64,000 nucleotides of DNA. It comes from Azolla caroliniana (Eukaryota > Plantae > Polypodiophyta). The DNA lies in NCBI GenBank assembly GCA_043228905.1, contig JBHGNT010000004.1, forward strand, positions 10,602,001-10,666,000, read 5' to 3'. Under the pieces are notes generated by a model. That model did no database searches and was not told where the DNA came from. It saw only the letters and a program-made list of their open reading frames with translations. This document shows positions 31,481 to 42,950 of this stretch, piece by piece; positions within the stretch are counted from its first letter, which is position 1; every line of letters starts with the position of its first letter. The position numbers were made by a program, and so were the translations under genes.

Positions 31481-34271
31481 TCTTTCTCTCTCTCTCTCTC
31501 TCCCGTTTTTTTGCACGTTGATTCCCAACGCTCTTTGCTCATCTCCCGTTTGATGTAGGCCATCATTTTCTATGTTCTATAACTCGTTAGAAAGCCCTTT
31601 CAGAGATATTTCTAAGGAATGTTCATTTATTGAATTCTGTTACCGTGGCGAGAAGTTATGAGCATTTTCGTCCGCAACCATATTTTCTCCACGGTTCCTC
31701 AAACACAAGGTAGATTTTGTGGCCCTAAATCGAGTGAAAGGTACATTCCCTCTCCCTCTCTCCCTCTCTCCCTCTCTTCCCATAGGGTTTGGTCCTACAA
31801 TGGCAAACACTCGTAAGGTCGCCTCAAAGTTTGGGAGTATGATTGATAATGAGCCGAAATCACCAATAAATCTTGATTCCAATGAAATAAACTTAACCAC
31901 AATGGACAAAATGCTTATGAGTCACTTGATTTCTCTTCAAGAAACCATAAACAAGCAAGGTGAAGAGATTAGGACGTTAATGAAAGAGAATGCTAAGCTC
32001 CAAACTGTTGTCATTGAGAATGAAAGTCTTAAGAAAGTGGTTGCAAAACTTGAAGATAAGATTCAAGAATGTAAGAAAGATTCTTTCAAAACAAATGAGT
32101 GCCTTAACAAGATTGAGTTAAAGGAAACATTAAAAGAAGAAAAATTGGACACGATGAGGCGAGATGTAAGTGAGATGAAAAATGTATGTACAACGAAGTC
32201 ATGGGCCGATGTATGTGGTGGGGATGTGGTATCAAACTCATCTAATATGCATGTGATGCATGAAGGGAAGAATATATAAAGCATAGATATCCAAGAATTG
32301 AAAGAACGTGAACGACGATCAAAGAACATTGTCATATGTGGGATTAAAGAGGAGAGTATGGAAACACCCGCATCCCTCAGAAAGGCCATTGGTGAATTTT
32401 TTAGCATGCATTATGGGATGTCAGATGTGAATTTATATGGGGCACACCAAGTTGGGAAATATGGTGTTACTCGCTCCGGAGAAAGGCCTATTGTATGCAC
32501 AATGACGGATGATACAAAGCGGCGGATCATACTCGAAAATCGTTGGGTATACCTCAAAGGTACACAATGCTTTGTGAGTGAAGATTGTACTATCTCACAA
32601 CAAAATGCCCGTCACAAAGCATATGAAGAAAGATTGAAAAATAAGGTTATGGATGCGCCTAAAGATGGAAAGGTAGGCAAATAGGGACACATGACTTAGG
32701 AGACTAACCCACGTCTTTTACGACTATGCTTTTGGAATTGCAATGGATACCCATGGAATGGGGATTTGGCATAGAGGAGTTTACCGATGACTCAGATATC
32801 ACTTTTCTTGTTGAAACATGGGAGCATGATACTCAAATGATTCAAGGTTTAGGAAACTATAATGTACACTCTTTGATATGGGAGAAAAATCCAAGACAAA
32901 GAAGAGGACAAGGAGGGGTGGCATATTTGCTTAAGAAGGAAATAGAGAAATATGTGTCAATTGTAAAAAATGATGAACATAAATGCTACAGATGGCTCAA
33001 AATAGAAACACCTAATGATTTACCCACTTTAATTTGTAGTTGGATGTTACATTCCTCATCAAGATTCTAACTTTTATGCTTGTTTGGATAAAAAGATCAA
33101 CCTTTTGCCAATCTAGAAGATGATATTGCTTATTTCACATCCAAAGGGGAAGTTATTGTCTTTGGTGACATGAATGCTTGTACAAGAAGTTTCCAACTTG
33201 ATTCACAAGAATCTTTCATGCCACATATCTCAAGGATGCAAGAGGATATGAAAATGTATAGCCGCTCTTCTAGCGATGAAAAAGACTATGTACTACTTTC
33301 CAAAGGTATTTTGGATCATATACATAAATTCTCACGTGGGGAATGGACACCAGAATTTGATCATAGGGCTTTATGTATTGATCTCAAATGTATGCATAGG
33401 TTTGATTGTGAGAAGGCCATTGAAGATAGTAAACAACCGCACTTGAGCATGAACTTTAAGCGAACACCCATGTATTCCAAGATGGTTGAGGATATGTTAC
33501 AAATGAGCTACAACATGGTGCCACACTAGAATGCAAATGGGAAGCTTTTAAGAAAGTCATTCTCTCCTATACAAACAAATGTTTTTCGACCAACCGCACA
33601 TCTTGGAAATGCACCAAGAAATTTTGGAAAAAATGGTTTGACAAAGAATGTCGTGAAGCTCAAAAGTGCCTTATGGTTTTGGATGTAGTTAAGGATAAAG
33701 AAAATTACCAAAAGCATTTGCATGAGTATAAAAGGCTTATTCAAAGAAAGAGAAGAATATGGGAAGTTACTCAACAATTTCTCCAAACGCAAGAGAAAGA
33801 ACATGCATGTGCTAAATTTTGGGGAAATCTAAAATGGAAGCGTGTTGAGAGTTATGGTGACTTAACTCTTCACGACTTGTCTATGCATTGTAAGAATTTA
33901 TATGAGTTATCTCTTGTCGGAAAGCAATGTGTGGACGTAATTGTTCTATAGCACGTGGCTAGGTTTTGTTTCACATATGTCTTCCTTCTTTATAGTTGAA
34001 GATATATCCATAGGACCTAAGAAATTGGCCTCTCGAAAGGCAAGCGATCTTCAATGTATAAAGGCTGAAATGCTCAAATGGATGGGAAAGGTAGCACATG
34101 TATGGATAAACAATATGTTTAATGATGCATTGCAATATGGTATGCCATATGATTGGACTACAAATTGGATCAAACCTTTACATAAAGGTAGAGATGTAAA
34201 TAATGTAAACAACTATCGAACCATCATGGTGGGCTCATTAATGGCAAAACATTTGGATATATAATGGAATC

Positions 34272-34587
34272 AGTTGAGATACAAGCTCAACATTGGTTGG
34301 ATCAGCTGTGCAAGCCAAGAACCGGATCGGTTGGGATTGATCGGTTAGGCCGGATCGGGTGCGTAAACCGGTGCGCAACGAGAAGCCGTAGCAGTGCTTA
34401 AACTACAAGACTGTTGGAAAGATATTCCACGTAGGAATATATTTTAAGAGTTAGTGTAGAGCTCAGTTATTAGCATTGAAGTACTGGTTAGTACTTCTGT
34501 CAGTTCGTATGGACTTGTATAAAAGTGCTCATTGAGCACATTCTATGTACCGACTGAGTATTATTTTTTGAATAGAGTTGCGTGTAT

Positions 34588-34628
<41 letters not shown>

Positions 34629-37600
34629 CTCTCCCGCATACTCTGTGTGTGTCCAAGCTCTCCATTAAATCTGTGATTTCCTATGTTCTGATTTTTGTTG
34701 CTTCTGCACGTTGTTCTTTTCACATGGTATCAGAGCGCGAGGGTTGAGAACCTCTGCAGCTGAGAAGAAAACCTAACCTTTGTAAAGAATAGGGAAAACA
34801 AAATGGATAGAGGCATGGCTAGCTCGCTTCCGACCGAGAAGCTCGATAGAAACAACTACGTGTCTTGGTCATACAAGATGCAACAATACCTGCTCGGGCA
34901 TAGATATTGGAGCTATGTCGACGGAGCAAATGACACAACACCCGATTCGACACACAAAGACTTCCCGGTGTGGGAACAGTCGGCGAGCAGAGTTCTCTAC
35001 TGGTTCGCGTCTTGTGTGGGCGAACAACTTCTGAGCTATATTCGGGATGTGAAAACGCCGAAGGATGCTTGGGAAAATCTGAGAAAGATTTTCACCGCAA
35101 GCACCACAGCCAGAAAGCTCCAACTCTGACAGGAGTTGAGCAACTTGCGACAACGTGATTTGTTGGTGGTTGATTACACCTCGAAGATCAAAGATATATG
35201 CGACTCCCTAGCCTCCATCGATGTGAACGTCGAGGAAGGCGAGATGGTGCAGATCTGTCTCGGGGGACTGACGTCGAAGTTCGGAGCATTCCGAACTGCT
35301 GTGTGCACACGGGAGAATACGCCATCGTTTTTCGACCTATAGTCGATACTCCTTATAGAGGAGAACCACGCGGGTGCATCGACGAGTACGCACACCGATA
35401 GCAAGATGTTGTACACGGAGGGAGATAGGCCCCGTGGTCGTGGCGGACGAGTCAAGTCGGTGCGCAATGGAGGCGGCCGGCGGGATCAAGGAAGAAGGCA
35501 CCGTAGTGATGCCGACCGCAATTTCGGACCCTCCGGAAATAGGGGGAGTTGAGGTGACGAGAACTGGCAACGGAAATCCGTTGTGGAATGCTGGTATTGT
35601 AGCAAGAAAGGCCACAAGGAGAGAGAGTGCTGGAAGAAGCGCGCCGATTCGAAGAAAACCGGATCTGGATCCGGACAAACCGACAAAGGAAATCGGCAAC
35701 GATCGCACTACGCCGAAGGATCTGAAAAAGTCGGAAAAGGTGTAGCCTTCGTGATGAGACACGAAGCGAAATCAATGAAGAAGACCACCCCGAAATCGGA
35801 TGAGGTGTGGTACGTTGACTCCGGCGCGTCAAACCACATGACGAGCCATAAGGAGTGGTTCTCATACCTTGAGAAACCGATGCAACCGGGAGTAGTCGCA
35901 ACAGGAGATGACACTCCGCATTCGGTTGAGAATGTCAATGAAGTTCCCTTGAGCCATGTCGGGCAAAAAGGGAAACTCATGAACGTGCTACACGTCTCGA
36001 TAATCACGAAGAATCTGGTGTCGGTCGGGCAGATCGTCGACCAAGGGATGCAAGTCCAGTTCACGCATCTCAGGTGCTTCATCGAGGAGGAAGGCCAAGT
36101 TATTGCGCAAGGGCGCAGAGACGGGAGGATGTTTATCCTCGACACCAATGATGTTGGCACCGCAATGTTCGCAAAAGGACAAAAAGTCGCGTCGGATATC
36201 GACTTGTGGCACAAGTGGATAGGCCACGACAACTATCAAAGGCTTCAGGACTTGCAATCGAAACAAGTTGTGTTAAGATTGCCCAAATTCAGTGGCTGGA
36301 AGGCCCAAATTTGTGAAGCCTGCTAGCTAGGGAAGCAACACCGACTTCCTTTCCCAAACGAGTGTAACCGGAGTCGGAACAAGCTCGACTTGATACATTC
36401 AGATGTATGGGGGCCGGCACAGAATGTTAGTCTTGGCAGGAGTCAATATTTTGTCTCCTTCATCGACGACTACACGCGGCACACGTGGATCTATCTGATT
36501 GAAAAGAAGAGTGAAGTTTTCGACTGTTTTCGGGACCTCAAAAGATTCGTAGAAAGGGAAACAGGGAGAAAGATCAAGTTCCTGCGGTCGGATGGCGGAA
36601 AAGAGTACTTTTCCGGCCAATTCAACAGTTATCTGCAACAAATGGAAATTTGGCGCGAATTCAATTGCAGGTATACGCTGGAGCAAAATGGCGTAGCTGA
36701 AAGGAAAACTCGGTCGGTTGTGGAAGCGGCGCGGGCAATGCTGGAGGAAAAGAGCTTGCCCAAGTTCTATTGGGCCGAAGCGGTATGAACCGCGGTCTAC
36801 ATCCAGAATCGGATCGGAGACAAAGTGTCGGTGCATGAGCTGTATTTCGGAAGGAAGCCGAATCTACGACACTTGAGAGTTTTCGGTAGCATTGCGTATG
36901 TGCATGAGCCGAAGGAGAAACGGAGGAAGTTGGACGCGAAAGCCGAGAAGTGTATCTTGGTCGGCTATTTGGACGCACAGAAGGGTTATAAGTGTTATAA
37001 CCCTTCTGTGCATTGCGTATGTGCATGAGCCGAAGGAGAAACGGAGGAAGTTGGACGCGAAAGCCGAGAAGTGTATCTTGGTCGGCTATTTGGACGCACA
37101 GAAGGGTTATAAGTGTTATAACCCCCGAACCAAACAAGCTCGTGTGAGCCGCGATGTTGTGTTTGATGAGTCTGCATCCTGGTACTTGCCTCCGACTCTG
37201 GATCTCAACTCCAACTCCGGATCTCCGGACACGAGTTCTGACGATGAGGTCAGCGAGGCTGAAATGCCTCTAGATGACCGCGAAATCAAGACCCTCGATG
37301 AGAGTCCGATTTCATTTCAGCTAAGTGGACCGAACGAGCGACTGGGTCGGTTTGACTAGTCTGAAGAAGAGCCGGCGAGTAGTGGAGACTCGGCCGTGCA
37401 TTCCCAACGTAGGAAGCTGAGGAGATGGTTTACGCGCAAGGAAAAAGGAAAGAAGAAGATGCCAAAGTATGGCACGGATAAGGGCGAGTCGGATCGATGC
37501 GAATCCGACTCCGAGAAGAGCGATGACGGGCCTTCGAGAGAGAAATCTGCGTCAGCCAAGGAAGCCTCAATATCGGCTAATGAGCAGTTACGCCGATCTA

Positions 37601-40074
37601 CCTGCCAGAAGAACCCTGTTGTGCGGTTCGGATACAATGAGTCTATGGCGCATCACTATGCATACATGACGCGTGTAGCGGAAGTGCGTGAGCCGGAGAG
37701 CTACGCATAAGCGGCGAAGGACGCAAATTGGCGTGCCGCGATGGAGGAGGAGATGTGCGCATTGGTGGAGAATGAAACCTGGGACCTGGTTGACGCACCG
37801 AAGGGTGTGAAGCCGATTGGATGTAGGTGGGTGTACAAGGTCAAGTACAACACCGACGGCTCGGTCAATTGATACAAGGCCCGGTTAGTAGCGAAAGGCT
37901 ACGCACAGCAACACGACATCAACTATGATGAGACGTTTGCGCCGGTCACCAAGATGACAACCGTTTGTGTTTTGCTTGCGGTAGCTGCGGCGAAGGGGTG
38001 GCATTTACATCAGATGGATGTCAAGAATGCGTTCCTCCAAGGCGAGCTTGAGGAACAGGTGTACATGGTACAACCCCCGGATTTCACTCCGGAATGAACA
38101 CTTCGGCGGTCTGCCGGTTGAAGAAGTCCCTTTACGGACTAAAGCATGCCCCGCGTGCTTGGAACGCGAAAATCATGCAGTGATTGGGTCAAATGGGATT
38201 TGCGATGTCGAAATCAGAATCTTCACTGTTCATTCAACAAGGTCGACTCGGGCCGGTTAGTATTTTATTTTATGTTGATGACTTGGTCATCACCGGCGCC
38301 GACCTAGGTGAAATTGACCGCGTAAAGCTCCAGCTCACGGCATCATTTGACATAAAGGACCTGGGGGACCTTCATTACTTCCTCGGGATCGAAGTGATCC
38401 GTACCCCTTAAGGCATACTGATCAACCAACAACATTACGTGCTGGGTATGCTCTTCAAGTTCGGGATGGCAGATTGTAAGTCCGTCTCGACTGCTTAGTT
38501 ACGTGCTAGGTATGCTCTTCAAGTTCGGGATGGCAGATTGTAAGTCCTTCTCGACTCCTTAGGATAGAACCGTCAAGCTTCACCCCGACTCTAGAAAGGT
38601 TTGCGACTCGAAGAGGTTCCGACAGATTGTCGGAAGCCTCATCTACTTGACTATCACTTGACCAGACCTCAGTTACCCGGTCGGTGTGATTAGTCAGTAA
38701 ATGACGCGGCCAACTGAGGAGCACCTTCAGTGCGCACAATGCGTACTCTAGTATGTCAGTGGCACTAATGACCGGGGGCTACTCTATCGGACCTATATTG
38801 CAATGCAGTTAGTCAGTTACACCGATGCTGATTGGGCCAGAAACGCCGGCGATCGCCGATCCACATCTGGATTCGTGTTCTCTCTTGGGAGCGCTGCGAT
38901 CGTGTGGAGTAGCAAGAAGTAGCCGACAGTTGCATTGTCGAGCACCGAAGCCGAGTATAGAGCAACGGATGTTGCAACATGCGAAGCCATCTGGCTGAAA
39001 TGGCTACTTAAGGATCTGCGGGTGGAGGTGTTCGATCCGACGACAATCTACTACGACAACCTCAGTAACATCAAGTTAGCAAAGAACCCTGTCTTACACG
39101 TTTGGACTAAGCACATTGAGGTGCACTACCACTTTTTCTGCGAGCGTGTCCTCTCCGGTGAAGTCGAACTTTAGTATGTTCCGACGGATTGGTAGACAAC
39201 CGACATTTTCACCAAGCCCCTTGGTCTCAACAAGTTGCGGAAATTCTTGGGTGCGCTTGGGTTGCGGCACCTCGATGTGCCGAACTTGAGGGGGAGAGAA
39301 GTCCTGGAAGACCATGGAAGGGAGCAGGAAAGGAGTAGAAGAGACAATGACGCCGAGTCGGATGACGAATTCTATTTCGGGTCGGCTGAAGAAGCCAAGG
39401 GAGGATCTGCGGAAGAGTTCGAAAGCGAACGAGAGGGCAATAGTTGAAAGATAGAGCCGAAGCTAGCCAAGCGTGGGGGAGATGAAGCCAACTCGGATGA
39501 GAGCGAAAACCAATCGGAGGAAGCTGATTCGGTTCGGATGTTTGATTCGGAGAAGTCGAAACAACCAAGGGCCAAGCATAGGAAAGGGTAGCCGAAGAGG
39601 TGCCAACACCACGACAACAAGGGAGCTGAGAAGGGTCAGAAGGGTCGAGGCGCGCAGAATCGAACAGGTCGAGGAGTGCGAGCGAGGCATGAAGCTAGAA
39701 GAAACCGTAGCGGTGATCCGGAAGAACCAGAGAGCCTCAAGTTGAGCTTGAGGGGGAGTGTTGAGATACAAGCTCAACATTGGCTGGATTAGTTGTGCAA
39801 GCCGAGAACCGGATCGGTTGGGACCGATCGGTTAGGCCGGACCGGGTGCGTAAATCGGTGCGCAACGAGAAGCCATAGTGGTGCTTAAACCGCGAGGCCG
39901 TTGGAAAGATATTCCGCGTAGGAATATATTTTAGGAGTTAGTGTAGAGCTCAGTTATGAGCATTAAAGTACGTGTCAGTACTTCTGTCAGTCCGTATGGA
40001 CTTGTATAAAAGTGCTCACTAAGCACATTCTATGTACAGACTGAGTATTATTTTTTGAATAGAGTTGCGTGTAT

Positions 40075-40109
<35 letters not shown>

Positions 40110-40209
40110 GTTTCTCTCCCGCATACTGTGTGTGTGTCCAAGCTCTCCATTAAACCTGTAATTTCCTACGTTCTGATTTTTGTTGCTTCCGCATGTTGTT
40201 CTTTTCATA
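34272..40209 (+). mobile_element. Full-length decayed Ty1/Copia element (LTRs 34272-34724 and 39759-40209)
   Basis: TSD GAATC (34267-34271 and 40210-40214), PBS TGGTATCAGAGC (tRNA-Met), gag-PR-INT-RT-RH with many stops, PPT GAGGGGGAG. Confidence 0.95.
36889..37124 (+). repeat. 115-bp tandem duplication within Copia integrase (a second duplication of about 55 bp lies at about 38435-38556)
   Basis: GCATTGCGTATGTGCATGAG...AAGTGTTATAACCC occurs twice, separated by a 6-nt filler. Confidence 0.9.
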
Positions 40210-40409
40210 GAATCAAAGATAAGTGTATGGGTTGAGAAAAAGGGTAAGAGAGCTTATGGATAAGCTGGCTTTTGAAAACACCATAATACCATTGATTGCC
40301 TTGTCACCCTTCGAGTATTAATTGGGGAAAGTCACCTTAGAGGTAAAGGTTTATATTGTTGCTTTATAGACTTCAAGAAAGCTTTTGATATGGTACCTCG
40401 TGAGCATCT

Positions 40410-40851
40410 TGTGTAGAATAGTGCTTGGCCACAACCGAGTCTTAACCACTCAATGGAAGAAACAAAATAGAAATGAAGATTAATGCACTTACACAGATTC
40501 CAACTATCACTATGAGAGGAAGGATATAATGCGAGACTCGAAGGCAACGACGTCGAGCTCTATATCTTCACCAACCAGTGGTTACAACAAAAAATACTTT
40601 TTGTTTCTCTCTCTATATATATACAACAATAATGATAACAACAACACTATTTTCCCTAGTTATATTTATACTCATATAACTTATGGGCTATTTACAAATA
40701 TGACGTCAACGGTCATGTCTGAACATATTTATCAATATGTTCCTATTTGCTGATTCATACGGGATCCGGTTGGATTCCTTTTGGATCCATCCGTTCCAGT
40801 TCCTTCCTTCGGCTCGTACGGATCCTATCCGGAGGGACTTGTTTCCCAACA
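40410..40851 (-). mobile_element. Copia solo LTR inserted in LINE RT
   Basis: TG..CA ends and TSD CATCT. Shares CCGGAGGGAC.TGTTTCCCAACA with the 11856-12401 LTR. LINE reading PREH|LWRR resumes after it. Confidence 0.9.
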
Positions 40852-41169
40852 CATCTTTGGAGGCGAATGGAAGAACTTGAGGTGCCAAGTGAATATATGC
40901 TTGCAATTTCCCGAATATATGAAAAAGGGTATATGTTGTGTGTGTGTATGAGAGATAGACTTTCAGATTTTTTCAATAGCACTATTGGTGTTAAGCAAGG
41001 ATGCCCACTCTCACCAACACTATTTGTTCTATGCATTGATGAATTGGAAGAAATGGTTACCAAGTTTGTAAAGGAAGAATGTGTTGAAGAACTTTTCATT
41101 GGGAATGTTGTGATTATGCTTTTGCTATATGCGATGATGCGATGTTGAAGAAGTTGTCATTGGAAACGA

Positions 41170-42950
41170 GTTGTTGTGGAGGCAATGAAAGAAGACAAAG
41201 GTAAGTAGAAGGTCGCCCCGTCATTCAAACTCGCCTCCAACATAGAAACATCCACCGACCTAAAGCATGTGCTCGAATCTAGGATTCTCGATAGTAAAGT
41301 CGAGTTAACACTCTGAAAAGTACTAGGGATCGCGAAGAAGGAATTTCATGAAGTGATCATTGATGTGATTTAGAGAAAAAGACAAGTGATTGAAGAAACG
41401 GGTGGAGTAAATACCGTCATGATACGGGAGGAAGATGAACATATGGAGACTGCATTATTAGTTGGGGTACGGATTGCTGACATACATTGTTGTCATGAAG
41501 AGGAAAGAAGCCATTAAACCCACACACACTGGGCTTGAGCGACAATCGAGGCTCCAGTCAGAATTGGTGATCAGATGGAACCATGTGTGGCATTCATCAA
41601 CCACGGCTCCAAGATTAACATCATATCATCTTATTTCTACAATCGCGGGAGATGGCCAATAGAAAGAAACCACGGGTGGAAGGTCAGAGCAGCGACCGAG
41701 GTCGTGGAGGATTTATGTGGCTCATGCCCCAATATTAAAGTTACAATTGGGGACATGTCAGTAGATCAAAACTTCTTCGTCCAAGAGAAGTCATTTTATC
41801 CAGTAATCCTAGGACAACCGTACATCACAACAATACGAGTGGAGACTAAAGTGATTGATAACGGAGCGGCATTTTCTAGGATTCGGAGTTAGGATGCGAA
41901 GAGGTTGGTACAGTTCCTTACTGTTTGACCAAATCATGAACGGAATAAGGAGCATCTACGGGATCATCCACTACGAGATGTGGGGGATTTCGTACAGGAT
42001 TTCTAGAGCGGGCCCTTACAAAAAGGGGCTGTGATGGCCCAAGGGAGGTAAGAAGCCCCATTCATAGCATTGAGGATAAAGGTAAATTATATGTTGCGTT
42101 GGTAGATGGCGCAACTATAATGGAAGATTTCAAAGGAAATAAATTCTGAAAAATAGAAAAAGAATTACAAGGTTGAGGCATGATAGATTCAGAAGAAAAA
42201 TTAGTGAATATATTTGAAGAATATTGTTTTAAAGATACAGTAGGAGTCTCTAACGACGGATGATGATAAAGTTGAAGTAGTGGTAAATACCATCGAGCTA
42301 TTCAAAACCATCAAGAAGTATGTTCAAAATGAAGAAGCTCGAATAAACACAAAGTACAAAACAATGGAGAAGAAGGACAGTCCAACATCAACACCACTTC
42401 CAAAGGACAGTGAAAAGATAATGACGGAGGTATCGAACGAGCCAATTCTTTAGGATCCAAAAAGAATTGGGCACAAATTCACGCAACAAACAATTAAAGA
42501 ACTAAGAATTGGAGCGGGGGACTTCCTAATGCCTATGGAAGAAGCAGAATTTAGAAAAATGCTAGGGATCCAAAAGTAGTTGAACCAATGGTCATCTTCA
42601 TGATCCCACACATTCCATGGAATCTGAAGCCAATCCCAGTGCCAAGAGCAAAGATACCGCAATTAATCGAGCTTCTAAAAGAGAAAGTGAAGATGGGCAT
42701 CTTGAAACCATCAAACCATCTACGATTAAGTTATTATCTTCACAGTGCAAAAGAAGGATGGGCGACTTCGATTCATTCAAGACATGCAACCTATGAATCA
42801 AGTTATTATTTGGAATCCAGGAGTGTGGCTGATAGTAGATGAGTTTGCATGTGTCTTCTATTGCAGGTGGATTCCACATTATGCCCACATATCAAATCCA
42901 TTATATCGACTATTAAGAAAAGGGAAAGAATTCGAGTGGACAGATTCACT
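41170..42950 (+). pseudogene. Decayed Ty3/Gypsy protease-RT fragment (Phygy/Selgy-like lineage by motif)
   Basis: FINHGSKINII, VILGQPY, PHIPWNLKPIPVPRA, QKKDGRLRFIQDMQP. Confidence 0.75.

Larger units (their letters stand above)
31800..41140 (+). mobile_element. Decayed LINE: ORF1 (about 31800-32684) and ORF2 endonuclease-RT (about 32720-34271, 40215-40409, 40857-41140); interrupted twice and 3'-truncated
   Basis: ORF1 coiled coil, SWADV, ERRSKNIVICGIKE. APE motifs LVETW, GGVA, GDMNA, DHRAL. RT motifs NNYRTI, FIDFKKAFD, GVKQGCPLSPTLF, LLYA(DD). Confidence 0.9.
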
